A stretch of 64,000 nt of DNA from contig NC_135830.1 of the NCBI RefSeq assembly GCF_964213995.1, forward strand, positions 13,144,001 through 13,208,000. The letters run 5' to 3'. How positions within the stretch are numbered: the first letter of the stretch is position 1; the number at the start of each line of letters is the position of its first letter. Positions 9,276 through 21,064 of the stretch are shown piece by piece. Source of the stretch: Mustelus asterias. Its lineage: Eukaryota. The notes beneath the pieces were generated by a model that saw nothing but the letters and a program-made list of their open reading frames with translations, ran no database searches and was not told where the DNA came from. Both the position numbers and the translations under genes were made by a program.

Positions 9276-10544
9276 ACAGAATGGACTTCCAGATTTACAA
9301 TAGGTTAATATTAAAATGGACATTTTATCTGTGTCGGGATATTTGTTTGGCTGAATATGTCCATTGTATTGTCTCCATTATTTCTGATGCTGATATTGCA
9401 GTTCATCATTTCTTTATTTAAAATAACTAATTCCATTGTAAATATGGTGATTTTATTACCACGCCCCCAAGAAGAGCACAAATCTAAAAATGATGAAATA
9501 ACATTTTTGGAAAATAAAGAGACCGTCAGTCTAGGTGTCAACAATTCCGGGTCTCTGTCAGATTACAATAATAAAGCATCATTTATCAGAATAATTTTTA
9601 CCGATTTCTGTAACTAAATGAGGGGGTATGAACAAAGTGATTGCATTTACAGTGCGGATGGCTATCACTGTACAATTTGGGTTTGGAGATGAGAAGAAAC
9701 TCTCACACAATACAATGTTTCTCCTTATATTTGTCAAACTACCCCAATCTCGAAGACAGCCCTTTGAAAATAATAAGAATCCTGCCCTCCTGATAATTAA
9801 ATAGTGAGTTGAGAGAGAAACATAAAATTAACATCGACTTTTGACAGATAAGTTAATGAATGGACACGAAGATCATTAAAGTTCTCCTTCAGCAGCCAAA
9901 TCATTGCAGGTCACTCTATCGGCCACCAGCTGTCTAACATTCGCTGGTATTGCGAACACAAGATATCAGGGCTTTGCGGCACATTGCACAATATCACAAG
10001 AATAAATGTTTTATCTTCCATTGAATCAGGTTATGAACTGATAATTTCTCCACTTATTGGCAGCTATGATTGGAACTCTTCAATAACAGGAATCAGATTA
10101 TACTGTACAATAGAATAGGGTGTTAATCAGGTACAAGAGACGCTGCTGTTTAAATGCGATACAGAACGTTCAGAATATTCCAGGAATTCCCGCTGTTCAT
10201 GTCAGTTTTATGATGTTCCCTTAATATTATTTCGATGCATTTTATGCCATTACACTGATTTCAATTGACTGGGGAATTGGGACCATCAACATCTCTCTCT
10301 CGCATTTCATGAAGTGGTTAATAAACTGACTTTAATTATTGGAATGGCATTTACTTGGAAGTTATACAAATGAAAAAGCATCTGGTCACTTTATTGTTTT
10401 GCGATACTATTTACTCACATAATGAACAGGACATTGAATGAAAATATTTGATTAGAATGATTACGATTTAAAATGTGTCTTTCTTGTGCGAATGAAACAT
10501 TTATTGTTTAAATGGCTGAATCCCATTTTGTCCGTTTAGGTTCA

Positions 10545-10770
10545 CGCTAATCTGTCCCACACAGTATTTGGCAGCAATCCAGCCTTCTGCCAAATGCTCA
10601 AAGTGATTGACAGGAAGCATCTGGGGGTGTTGTGCAGCAGAACAAAGATCTGTTTCCTCAGTACTGACCGCTTGGCTGCAAGCCAACTTAAAACCCTTCA
10701 CATTGTCAATGAGGCCTATTTATAAATAAATCTACCCAGCAACAGTACTGGAGGCACTTTAATTTTTAAA
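10545..10770. promoter_or_regulatory. candidate upstream B-cell enhancer module
   Basis: ACAGGAAG-CATCTG (ETS+E-box) 10610-10623; PAX5-like GCAGCCAAGCG (minus, 10669-10679); NFI TTGGC-N5-GCCAA 10672-10686; MEF2-like CTATTTATAA 10716-10725; retained in the paralog at ~24960-25180. Confidence 0.5.
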
Positions 10771-10949
10771 AGTTGTAAATCTAGATGAATTTTTCCCATC
10801 TCTAATGAAAAGAATTCCATGCAGCTTCTCTGGCACCCTGTTAGCAACAATGATGATTTTTCCAACACATCAGGATATGGTGATAGATGGATAGAAAGAA
10901 TTACAGGCAAACTGAGAAATGTCTCAGAGAGACGATACATGAACATGTA

Positions 10950-11315
10950 TGTTTGTATTTTCTTTCCCTTTATCTTTCCATGGGATGTTTGGATGCAAAG
11001 ACCGGCACTTTTTGTCTGTCCCAAATTCCCTTGAACTGACTGGTTTTCTAGGCCACTTCTGAACATATGAAGGAGTCAGCTATTTTGCTGTCCATCTGGA
11101 GTCACATCCGTGTGAGACCAGGTAGCGATGGCAGATTTCACTCATTGGGGAATCAGAGACGGTCCGATGGTCGCCATTAGCATCTGTTCCATATTTATTA
11201 ATTGAATTCAAATTCCACCAGCTGCAATGCTCCGATTTAAATCCCTGTCCCCACATCATTGTCCTGGGCCTCTGGATCACTGGGCCACTTCAATTAATAT
11301 TACGTCACAATCTGC
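10950..11315 (-). mobile_element. old tRNA-headed SINE with L2-like tail (second SINE family)
   Basis: CTGGAGTCACAT...GGCAGATTTC...GAATTCAAATTCCACCAGCTG; paralogous copy at 25385-25745, others at 23501-23840 (+) and 40065-40380. Confidence 0.65.
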
Positions 11316-12149
11316 GCAAACAATAAATGAATGACTGTGTTGATGCAGGAATGAATGACCGTTGAATGAATGAAATGAATATCAGTTGGATGCCTGAATA
11401 TTTTGATTGAGGAATCAGTGAACGGATTGATGGATGCATTGTTAAATGGTACTGAAAGATACTGTTCCACATTCCCATATTTGTACTTGACTGGTTCAGA
11501 AGTTGAAACAGTTCCTTGATTCCATTTCTGTCAGTGTAATAATTTCAATACTTCCAGAGGGTCTGGGTGAAATCAAACCCGATTTTCTCGGGAGTTAGCA
11601 AGCTGATCCTCACGAAAAGAATAGGGCGTTTTCCTGCGGCACGGATGTTTCATTTCTCTGCTGATACTGAATATTCATATCCAAGATCGAAAGAGGGAAC
11701 ATGATTTGGCTGAGGAGGGAGGATTGTAATATTTGAAACATGTGCAGCAAATCACTCACCATGCCCTCACCCAAATTAGTGAAGGTAACAAGCTGTAAAA
11801 TAAATAATGTGGCAACAGATATATTGTGAAACTCACTGGACAACTACAAGTGTTACATTATTTCCCAAAACTGTGTAATAATGAATCGGGATTTAAAAAT
11901 TCAGTAAAATCATATTAGGTGCAAGGTACTTTAATGCATTTTATTACTGTGGAAATCATCACACCAGCTGTGTATCAGGAGTTTAAAGCGCAGAGACTGC
12001 TGGGTAGCGACTCATGATCCTCAGTCTAAATTCATTCAATTTCCCACTGCATTCTGGGACAGATTTTTATCCTTGGCGACAAAAAGGCCAATACAATGAC
12101 AAGAAATGTTAATATCAATGAATTATTCAAAGCAAAGTTGTATAGAATG

Positions 12150-12685
12150 AAATACTGAAAACAAACAGAAAATGCTGGAAAATCTCAGCAGATCTGACAG
12201 CATCTGTGGAGACAGAGTGGACCCAACATTTCGAGTCTGGATGACCCTTCAGCAGAGTATTCCTAATGCGTTGGAAAGATTATCATTGTTTCTAACAAGG
12301 TGTCAGACAAGCTGCATAACTTTGTTGTGAGATGTGAATAGTTCAAATAGGCACTGTTTAATTATAAGCACTATTTCGAGCCACACACAAGCTGCATCAA
12401 CTTACATACGGATCCCAAATATCATAATCAACTTATCCATGCTAACTGACCTAATCAACGTCTCAATCACTAACTATATCCTAAAGAAACTTCCTAATCC
12501 CTTTCCACCCTCATCATTTCCCAATGCCATCGCCCTCTTCAATTTTCTCCAAATATAAAAAGGGTCATCCTGATTCGAAACTTTGACTCTATTCTCTCAC
12601 CACAGATGCTGTCAGACCTGTTGAGATTTTCAGAATTTATTATTTTTGTTTCAGTTTTCAGAATCCGCCATGTTTTTCATTTATT
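12150..12685. mobile_element. inverted-repeat (hairpin) element, probably Penelope-like pLTR derivative
   Basis: arm AAATGCTGGAAAATCTCAGCAGATCTGACAGCATCTGTGGAG...TTTCGAGTCTGGATGACCC (12150-12255) is inverted at 12558-12685; absent from the paralogous site (~29556). Confidence 0.75.
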
Positions 12686-13149
12686 AAAATGCTGAATATA
12701 ATTGGTGAAATAATTGTTTATCTGTATTAATTGATGTTAATTGGTGAATTGGAACTACCCCGCCGGGATATTTCCCTCCAGACGCTCATAAACCTGACTT
12801 GGACATATATTACCGCTCCTTTAACGTCGCTGGGTCGGAATCCAGGAGAACCCTTCCTAACAGCACTGTGGGTGTACCTACACTGCAGGTTGTGCAACGG
12901 TTCAAGGTGGCAGCTCACCACCAGCTGACCGAATGCACTTAGCAATGTGAAATAAATTATAGCTTAGACAGTCACCCACCTTCCATAAAGTAATTTTAAA
13001 TATATTAACCTTTGTGAATGAATGGTGAATGCATTTATTAAATTGTGAATGGACGGTCATTAGTGAAAATAATTACTATCTTTCTGAACATTTATGAGAT
13101 TCTCCTTATTTGCTGGAAGATTTAAGGTTTGTAGTTCATTTATTAATGT

Positions 13150-13435
13150 TACAAGTAGGCTTACATTAACAGTGCTTTGAAGTCACTGTGAAAATCCCCG
13201 AGTCGCCACACTGTAGCGTCTGTTCGGGTACACTGAGGGAGAATTTAGCCTGGCCAGCGCACATTACCAGCATGCCTTTTCGGACTGTGCAGGAAACTGG
13301 ACCACCCAGAAGAAGTCCACGCATAAACGGGGAGAATGTACAGACTCCGCACAGACACTGGCCCACGCCGGGAACCAAACAAGTGGCCCTGGCACTGTGA
13401 GGCAACAGAGGTAACCACTGTGCCACCATGGCACC
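13150..13435 (-). mobile_element. HE1-related SINE (variant tail)
   Basis: same family as 36543-36830, 40770-41055, 41783-42050 and 49136-49420 (CTCCCTCAGTGTACCCGAACAGGCGC tail). Confidence 0.85.
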
Positions 13436-13479
13436 CACAATTCCATAAGACATGCCTGATTCAAATTTATCACACTTTT

Positions 13480-13850
13480 TGCAAACTAAACCGATGGAAG
13501 AGACTGCTACAACTACAGGCATATCTCAGTCATAACATCACGGGAAAGATCTTTGCTGGGGTCACACTTGAAATACATCATGTGCTTGCAGACCGGGTAT
13601 ATCTGATGTGCAGTGTAGTGATTGTGTTGGAAGATTTACTCCAGCCAACAACTTCTCGATGTTCCATATATGTCCATATCTTTAACGTACTTCGGTCAAT
13701 CTCGCGAAGACATTCACCACCGTCAGCAGGGCAAGGAATACAGGATTTTGGTGATAACTGGTTCTACACCAAAGCTCCTAATATCCATTCATGATACAAA
13801 AGCAATAACACACAATGACGAATGGTAGCTTAATGGGCAGCTCTTGTGGC
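13480..13850 (+). mobile_element. decayed RTE-clade LINE reverse transcriptase fragment
   Basis: remnants GDCYNYR, TGKIFAGV, VLADRVY; paralog 30540-30900 reads GHCNNYR...PEAQC...FVNLIKTFNTGSRAG (cf. RTE FIDLTKAFDTVSRAG). Confidence 0.65.
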
Positions 13851-14039
13851 CGAACTAACTTTTCAAAAATTGGCCTCCTCAATGATCAGAAAAGGTGACA
13901 TATGTAAAGGAAGCCAATCTGAATTGGATGTGTTTATTGTGTGTCCGTCATGCAGTGTAAATAGAAGGATACACGTGATCATTGTGGAATTAATTTGTAT
14001 CAAACACGATGTATTTCACACAACACACACACACACCAA

Positions 14040-17000
14040 GATGCTCAATTTGGGTCCCGCAAGGAGCACTCGATTCCAGAAATGATCTGGAAAGAGTCCA
14101 AATTTGGATTTTAAAAAATAAATTATAAAGTTGAATAGAGAGTGCCTGCCCTTGACATCGACACAGCGTCTGACCGTTTGTGGCATCAAGGAGCCCGAGC
14201 GAAACTGCAGTCAATGGGAATCAGGGGGAACAGAGTCCACTGCCTGAGTCATGCTGAGCACAAAGGAAGATGATTGTTGATGGCCAATCATGCCAGTCAC
14301 ACGCATTGCTGCAGGAATTCTTCAGGTTAGTGACCTAGCCCCAAGCTTCAGCCTTCATCAAATTTCAGAAGTGGGATTTTCACTGATGATTGCACATAGT
14401 TCAGCACCAGTCACAGCTCCTCAGATACTGAAACAGTCTGTGTCCATTTGCAGTAAGACTACGAAAACATTTAGTCTTTGGATAATGAATGACAAGGAAC
14501 ATTAATGCACCACAAGTGGCAAGCAATGACAGTCTCCAATGAGGGAGATTCCAAACCACTCCCCATGACATTAAATGGCATTACCCATCGCTGAATTCGC
14601 CCACTATCAACATCCTGGGAATTATAATTCGTGAAAATCTGAACGGAGACAGACGTTTAAATCATGTCCGGTCAGGTCTTCAAAGTTTCGGTAAGGGAAC
14701 ATGTGGCAAATAGTGACCACAATTCTGTTAGCTTTAAGATAGTGATGGAAAAGGATAAGTGGTGTCCCAAGGGTAAGGTGTTGGATTGGGGGAAGGCTAA
14801 CTTTAGTGGGATTAGGCAGAAATTGGCAGCTCTTGATTGGGAGAGGCTGTTTGAGGGTAAATCCACATCTAGCATGTGGAAGTCTTTTAAGGAACAGTTG
14901 TTAGGGCTGCAGGACAGGCATGTGCCTGTACAAAAGAAGGATAGGAAGAGTAGGATTCGAGAACCGTGGATAACCAGGGAAATTGAGGGACTGGTCAAAA
15001 AGAAAAGAGAGGCGTATGTTAGGTTCAGGCAGCTAAAAACGGAGGGAGATCTGGAGGAGTACAAAGAAAATAGGAAAGAACTCAAACGGGGAATTAGAAG
15101 GGCAAAAAGGGGTCACGACATGTCCTTGGCAGACAGGATTAAGGAGTATCCCAAGGCATTTTATTCATACGTTAGGAACAAAAGGGTTGTCAGGGAAAAA
15201 ATCGGACCTCTCAGGGACAAAAGTGGGGAATTATGCTTAGAGCCCAAAGAAGTAGGGGAGATCCTAAATGAATACTTTGCATCGGTATTCACAAAGGAGA
15301 GGGATGTGTTGACTAGGAGTGTCTCGGAGGGGAGTGTTGAACCGTTGGAGAAAATCTCCATTACAAGGGAGGAAGTGTTAGGTTTGTTAGAGAATATAAA
15401 GTCTGACAAATCCCCAGGGCCTGATGGAATCTATCCAAGGCTGCTCAGGGAGACGAGAGATGAAATCGCTGGGCCTCTGATGTAAATCTTTGTCTCATCA
15501 CTGGACACAGGTGAGGTCCCAGAGGATTGGAGGATAGCTAATGTGGCCCCGTTACTTAAGAAGGGTAGGAAGGATAACCCAGGTAATTATAGGCCGGTGA
15601 GCTCGACGTCCGTGGTGGGGAAGTTGTTGGAGAAGATTCTTAGAGATCGGATATATGCGCATTTAGAAAGGAATAAACTCATTCACGATAGTCAGCATGG
15701 TTTTGTGAGAGGGAGGTCATGCCTCACTAACCTGGTGGAGTTTTTTGAAGAAGTGACTAGAATGGTTGACGAGGGAAGGGCCGTGGATATCGTCTATATG
15801 GACTTTAGTAAAGCGTTTGACAAAGTCCCTCATGGTAGGCTGGTGCAAAAGGTTGGATCTCATGGGATGAAGGGGAGGTGGCTAGATGGGTGGAGAACTG
15901 GCTTGGTCACAGAAGACAGAGGGTGGTAGTGGAAGGGTCTTTTTCCGGCTGGAGGCCTGTGACTAGTGGTGTTCCGCAGGGCTCTGTATTGGGACCTCTG
16001 CTGTTTGTGATTTATATAAACGATCTGGAAGAAGGTGTAACTGGGGTGATCAGTAAGTTTGCGGACGACACAAAATTGGCAGGACTTGCAGATAATGAGG
16101 AGCATTGTCAGAGGTTACAGAAGGATATAGATAGGCTGGAAGTTTGGGCAACGAAATGGCAGATGGAGTTCAATCCTGATGAATGCGAAGTGATGCATTT
16201 TGGTAGAAATAATGTAGGGAGGAGCTATACGATAAATGGCAGAACCATAAAGGGTGTAGAAACGCAGAGGGACCTGGGTGTGCAAGTCCACAGATCTTTG
16301 AAGGTGTCGTCACAGGTGAAGAAGGTGGTGAAGAAGGCATATGGCATGCTTGCCTTTATAGGACGGGGCATGGAGTATAAAAGTTGGGGTCTGATGTTGC
16401 AGATGTATAGAACGTTGGTTCGGCCGCATTTGGAATACTGCGTCCAGTTCTGGTCGCCACACTACCAGAAGGACGTGGAGGCTTTGGAGAGAGTACAGAG
16501 GAGGTTTACCAGGATGTTGCCTGGTATGGAGGGGCTTAGTTATGAGGAGAGATAGGCTAAACTGGGGTTGTTCTCACTGAAAGACGGAAGATGAGTGGAG
16601 ACTTAATAGAGGTGTATAAAATTATGAAAGGCATAGATAGGGTGAACGGTGGGAAGCTTTCCCCCAGGTCGGTGGTGACGTTCACGAGGGGTCATAGGTT
16701 CAAGGTGATGGGGGGGAGGTTTAACACAGATATCAGAAGGACATATTTTACACAGAGGGTGGTGGGGGCCTGGAATGCGCTGCCAGGCAAGGTGGTGGAG
16801 GCGGACACACTGTGAACATTTAAGACTTATCTAGATAGCCATATGAACGGAGTGGGAATGGAGGGATACAAAAGAATGGTCTAGTTTGGACCAGGGAGCG
16901 GCACGGGCTTGGAGGGCCGAAGGGCCTGTTCCTGTGCTGTATTGTTCTTTGTTCTTTGTTCTATGTGGCCACACCAGCAGGTCAGACGCTCGGAGTTCTG

Positions 17001-17300
17001 CTGTGAACAACGCCCATCCTGAATTCCCAACTCCTATCCATCATCTGCAAGGCAAAAGACATGAGTATGAACAAATATCACAGAACAGTAAAGCACAGGA
17101 ACAGGCCCTTCGGCCCACCAAGTCTGTGCCGACACAGATGATTGAATATTCTCTACTTGCCTGACTTGTGCCACTCAAAAGCTCAATATCATTCTGGAGA
17201 AAGTAGCTGGCTCGAAGTACACACCACCCACCAGCTTCCCAAAGCTTGCCACCACATTCTCAAAGGAATTCATGTTTTGGCAAAAAAGCTGACTTTCCCA
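14040..17300 (+). mobile_element. decayed L2/CR1-group LINE split by a younger CR1 insertion
   Basis: 14040-14667 and 16963-17300 join to give the uninterrupted paralog at ~33600-34840. Confidence 0.7.
14668..16962 (+). mobile_element. young 5'-truncated CR1 LINE (family A), disrupted RT ORF
   Basis: [33 protein letters not shown] and KFADDTK motifs; (TTTGTTC)n tail; possible ATGT target duplication; near-identical to 59551-62484. Confidence 0.95.
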
Positions 17301-17640
17301 GTGACATCATAATGACAACAATTTTAAACATACCATATCTCTGCCTATATTCAACTAGCTTCTTCCTCTGTCTATTCCAGTAGACTGTGCCTGGATCAGA
17401 TTCCAGGAGGTCATGTCTAAGCTATATCCTGCACTTGGCTCAATATTAGGTGTTCGTATATGAGACACAGGCCCTGTTTATATTATAATTTCTAAGTTAT
17501 GGCGGTACTGAGCCATGCTTCTGCTGATCTGACAAGAGGCCGTGTCTCGATTCTTACTGCCTCAGAACATTTGCCACTGCATACTAAACTGGAGCAACGC
17601 TTCAGACATGACACATGGTTCTGTCACAGATATTATGCTA

Positions 17641-17980
17641 ATAGAAACATAGAAACCCTACAGTGCAGAAGGAGGCCATTCGGCCCATCGAGTCTGCACC
17701 GACCACAATCCCACCGAGGCCCTACCCCCACATATTTTTACCCGCTAATCCCTCTAACCTACGCATCTCAGGACTCTAAGGGGTAATTTTTAACCTGGCC
17801 AATCAACCTAACCCGCACATCTTTGGACTGTGGGAGGAAACCGGAGCACCCGGAGGAAACCCACGCAGACACGAGGAGAATGTACAAACTCCACACAGAC
17901 AGTGACCCGAGCCGGGAATCGAACCCAGGACCCTGGAGCTGTGAAGCAGCACTGCTAACCACTGTGCTACCGTGCCGCCC
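17641..17980 (-). mobile_element. HE1-like SINE, young full-length copy
   Basis: A box TAGCACAGTGG and B box GGTTCGATTCC on the minus strand; flanking CTAATAG repeat (17638-17644, 17987-17993); absent in the paralog. Confidence 0.9.
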
Positions 17981-17999
17981 CAAAATCTAATAGTTCATT

Positions 18000-19400
18000 A
18001 GATTTTGATAAACTAGATCCTGTTTACGTTAATGCTGCACCCGTCCATGCATTTATTTATTTATGACTATGTCACGTCTCAGCTATAATTGCATTTTGCA
18101 ATACCTCCTAATTGCTGCATTGTCCATATCTCAGTGTGTATCAGTCTAGGCCCTTTACCAGTAATTATTACAAATAATCTGGGCTCTGTCTCAGTTTACA
18201 TCAGTCTAGGAACTGTATCAGTAATCACGACTAATACACTGGACTCTGTCTTTGTTTACATCTGTCACTGTCCTCTATCTATTAGTAATTATTATTAATG
18301 GACTTGACTCCGTCTCAGTCTAAAGAAATTTAGGTCCAGTTTCATTAATTACCGGGCTCTGTCTCAGTTTATATGCAGAAGCTCCTGTGTCCAGTAAAAC
18401 TGCACTAGACAGTGTCTCAGTTTTATTTTCCTCGACATTGTCATATATCTTTGAAATGTTTGTTTCATGGGATGTGGGTGTCACTGAAAAGATCAGCATT
18501 TGGCCTTTGAACATCCCCACATGGCACTCGGAATGAACCCATTTCTATTTTGCTGGATCAGGACCCCGTTTATGTTACATTCGAGTCTCTCTCTGTTAAA
18601 CACTGCTGGACTAGAAATCAGTTTATATTGCACTAGCCATACTCTCTGGTTCAGTAATATTTGATCCTGACGCTGTACATATTTCACGAGACTGTGTCAG
18701 TGTTATGCCTGCACTTAACTTTGCCTCTATTTGAATTATGTCTGCATTCCTCCGCGGTTCTACGAGAAGAAGAGATATTATGTTGGATGAAAAACAGTGG
18801 TCTCTGGCAGGATTCTGAAACAGGCAGCATTGGATCGACAGTATTTGGTCAGTGCGGGCTTCCAGTGCTGAAGGACCTGTTCCTCTGCAGTAACTTTTCT
18901 TGTTCTTTGTTCTGTGTTGACAGTGCATGCTATACAGGTCTTAGTATCCATTTTCAATGCAGTCAGCAGAAGTAGATTTCAAATAACACTGCTTCTTTTC
19001 CAGTGCCCAAGACCTCATAGCATTCCATGTTCAGGAGGATGCAGAGAATTGTGTCCCCCTAAACATTTTCCTCATTACTGGCATTGTCCAGTGCAGTAAA
19101 ACTGAGACCATGTCCAATGCAATATAAACGTGGATAAGGTCAAGTGCAGGAATAAGACTCCATCTATTTTAATACAAACAGACAGGTCTAAATTAATACA
19201 AACCGACACAGCGTCTAGTTTGAAATAAACTGAAACATGGTGATGCATAATATAAACAGGGACAAGGTCTAATTTAGTATAGTCAGAGAAAGCATCTCGT
19301 TTAATATGTGTACAGATAGGGTCCAGTGCAACATAAACCGAGGCATGACCTTATATAATAGAAGCTGACGCAGGGTAAATTTACTGTCTAATAAAGAGAC
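18000..19400. repeat. degenerate ~27-60 bp minisatellite (CTGTCTCAGTTTATAT core), forward then inverted
   Basis: TCTCAGT recurs at ~60-bp spacing (18129, 18189, 18313, 18362, 18415); reverse-complement units AAACTGAGAC/AAACAGAGAC at 19095-19400; paralog 36960-38360. Confidence 0.7.
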
Positions 19401-19449
19401 TGGTTCAACCCCCATGAAATGTGGAGAGACGGCCTCCTGCCTCATCAAA

Positions 19450-20240
19450 AATTCACAGGACGGGAGTAACATGGGGTTAGCGGTAAAGTTCCCCCATGCA
19501 TTGCCAAATCTAACACTCCCAAGGCAGGAATAGCATGATTTAGATACAAAGTGAACCTCCCTTTCACTATCAAAATCAAACATTCCTGGAAAAGGCAGAT
19601 TGTCTAGAAACAGAGTGAAACTCCCTCTACAAAGTCTGCTCAAACACAATGAAGGCATAGAGACCAGGGACTCTCTCCTAGGTAAAACCACTTGTGCATT
19701 TTTCCTTCAGAGAATCGGGAGGCAAGTTTGAATTGGTGTTCGGTAGAGGGGGAAGATCCCTCGGCACAGATATCAGAAGGACATATTTTACACAGAGGGT
19801 GGTGGGGGCCTGGAATGCGCTGCCAGGCAAGGTGGTGGAGGCGGACACACTGGGAACGTTTAAGACTTATCTAGATAGCCACTTGAACGGAGTGGGAATG
19901 GAGGGATACAAAAGAATGGTCTAGTTTGGACCAGGGAGCGGCACGGGCTTGGAGGGCCGAAGGGCCTGTTCCTGTGCTGTACAGGTCAGGTACAGCAGAG
20001 ATTAGATACGGATTAAATCTCCCTCTACAAGTAATATCAAACATTCAAAGGGCAGGTACGTGAGTTTAGATGCAGACTAAATATTCCTCTACACTGTCCA
20101 GTCAAACAGTCCAAGGGCAGGGAAAATTTCTTTGGTACTGCCACATCGAATCCTTGCTACGAGGTTAGATACAGAGGAAAATGTATAAAATATCCCAAGA
20201 TCATAGAATGCTCAAGAGATCTTTTAGAGTAAATCTCCCT
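19450..20240 (+). repeat. ~66-bp tandem repeat (ACACTCCCAGGGCAGGTACAGCA...TTAGATACAGAGTAAAGCTCCCTCTACA) interrupted by a CR1 tail
   Basis: period ~65-67 bp; paralog 38355-38650. Confidence 0.75.
19765..19981 (+). mobile_element. CR1 family A 3' fragment
   Basis: almost identical to 16725-16941 and to the 3' end of 59551-62484. Confidence 0.9.
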
Positions 20241-20529
20241 CATGGATTCCAATTCATTGCATTCCATTCCTTACAACTCTGGCTGAGAGAATACATTGGG
20301 CAACATTGAATTCAGGTTGTGGAGGGAAGACGATGAACTATCGTGAAGAGACAAGACTTAGAACCAGAAGGAGAAAGACAGAGAGAGCGAGATGAAACAC
20401 AGGGAATTTCCACGAACACATTTGCCGTGTTATCACATTTCGGGATCAGAGGGATTCTTTGCTAATTCTGAACATAGATATTGTCATGATTTTTTTTCTT
20501 CATATAATTGATGAATAACTAATGTATAA

Positions 20530-20950
20530 AAACAATCATTTCTGGAATCCGTTGATCGATTTGCATGTTTGTCTCTATTTCTGTGCTGTGTTGGTGGGGA
20601 AATATTTGTTGTGTTTTCGTCAGTCAACAATCTAATCTGGGATTTCTATTTCTGTGTTTATTTACATAAACACCTCACTGTTTACAATGAAATGTTCATG
20701 GCAGCAAAAACAGATAAACCGTCACTTATTCATTCGTTTCAACTCAAAATAGCGGTTATTTTAAGAATATTAACAGTTGGTTCAAAATGAATAGAAACCT
20801 TTTTAACATACATTACACCAGATGCTATTTAATTAAATGAATAAATACATTCTAATTAAGAGTTTGTTCTGAAAGTTCTGATGTCACAATAAATAAAGTA
20901 TCTGTGAACAGGCTGGTATTCCACTGAATGTTAATTTGATTGATGATCTA
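20530..20950. promoter_or_regulatory. conserved non-repeat block with perfect octamer (candidate distal enhancer)
   Basis: ATTTGCAT 20559-20566 conserved at 38945-38952; block visibly more similar to its paralog (38915-39335) than the flanks are. Confidence 0.45.
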
Positions 20951-21064
20951 AATTGCTTCCACTCGACAAGTTAAAACAAAGAGAACTGATGTGTGAAATA
21001 TTCCTGTCATAATTAGTGATCAGACTCACACGAGGGAAGAATAAAAAATCCAGTGTGGTTATCA

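Noticed and set aside
17900-17980. tRNA gene
   Set aside because: tRNA-like head of an HE1-type SINE continuing into SINE body; the same applies to the other copies.
18120-18420. CRISPR-like regularly spaced repeats
   Set aside because: Vertebrate DNA; the units are degenerate tandem repeats without unique spacers, and there are no cas genes.
20569-20790. Similar short ORFs in both duplicates (also 38866-39123)
   Set aside because: Starts and stops differ and no splice structure or homology is evident; the similarity follows from DNA conservation.
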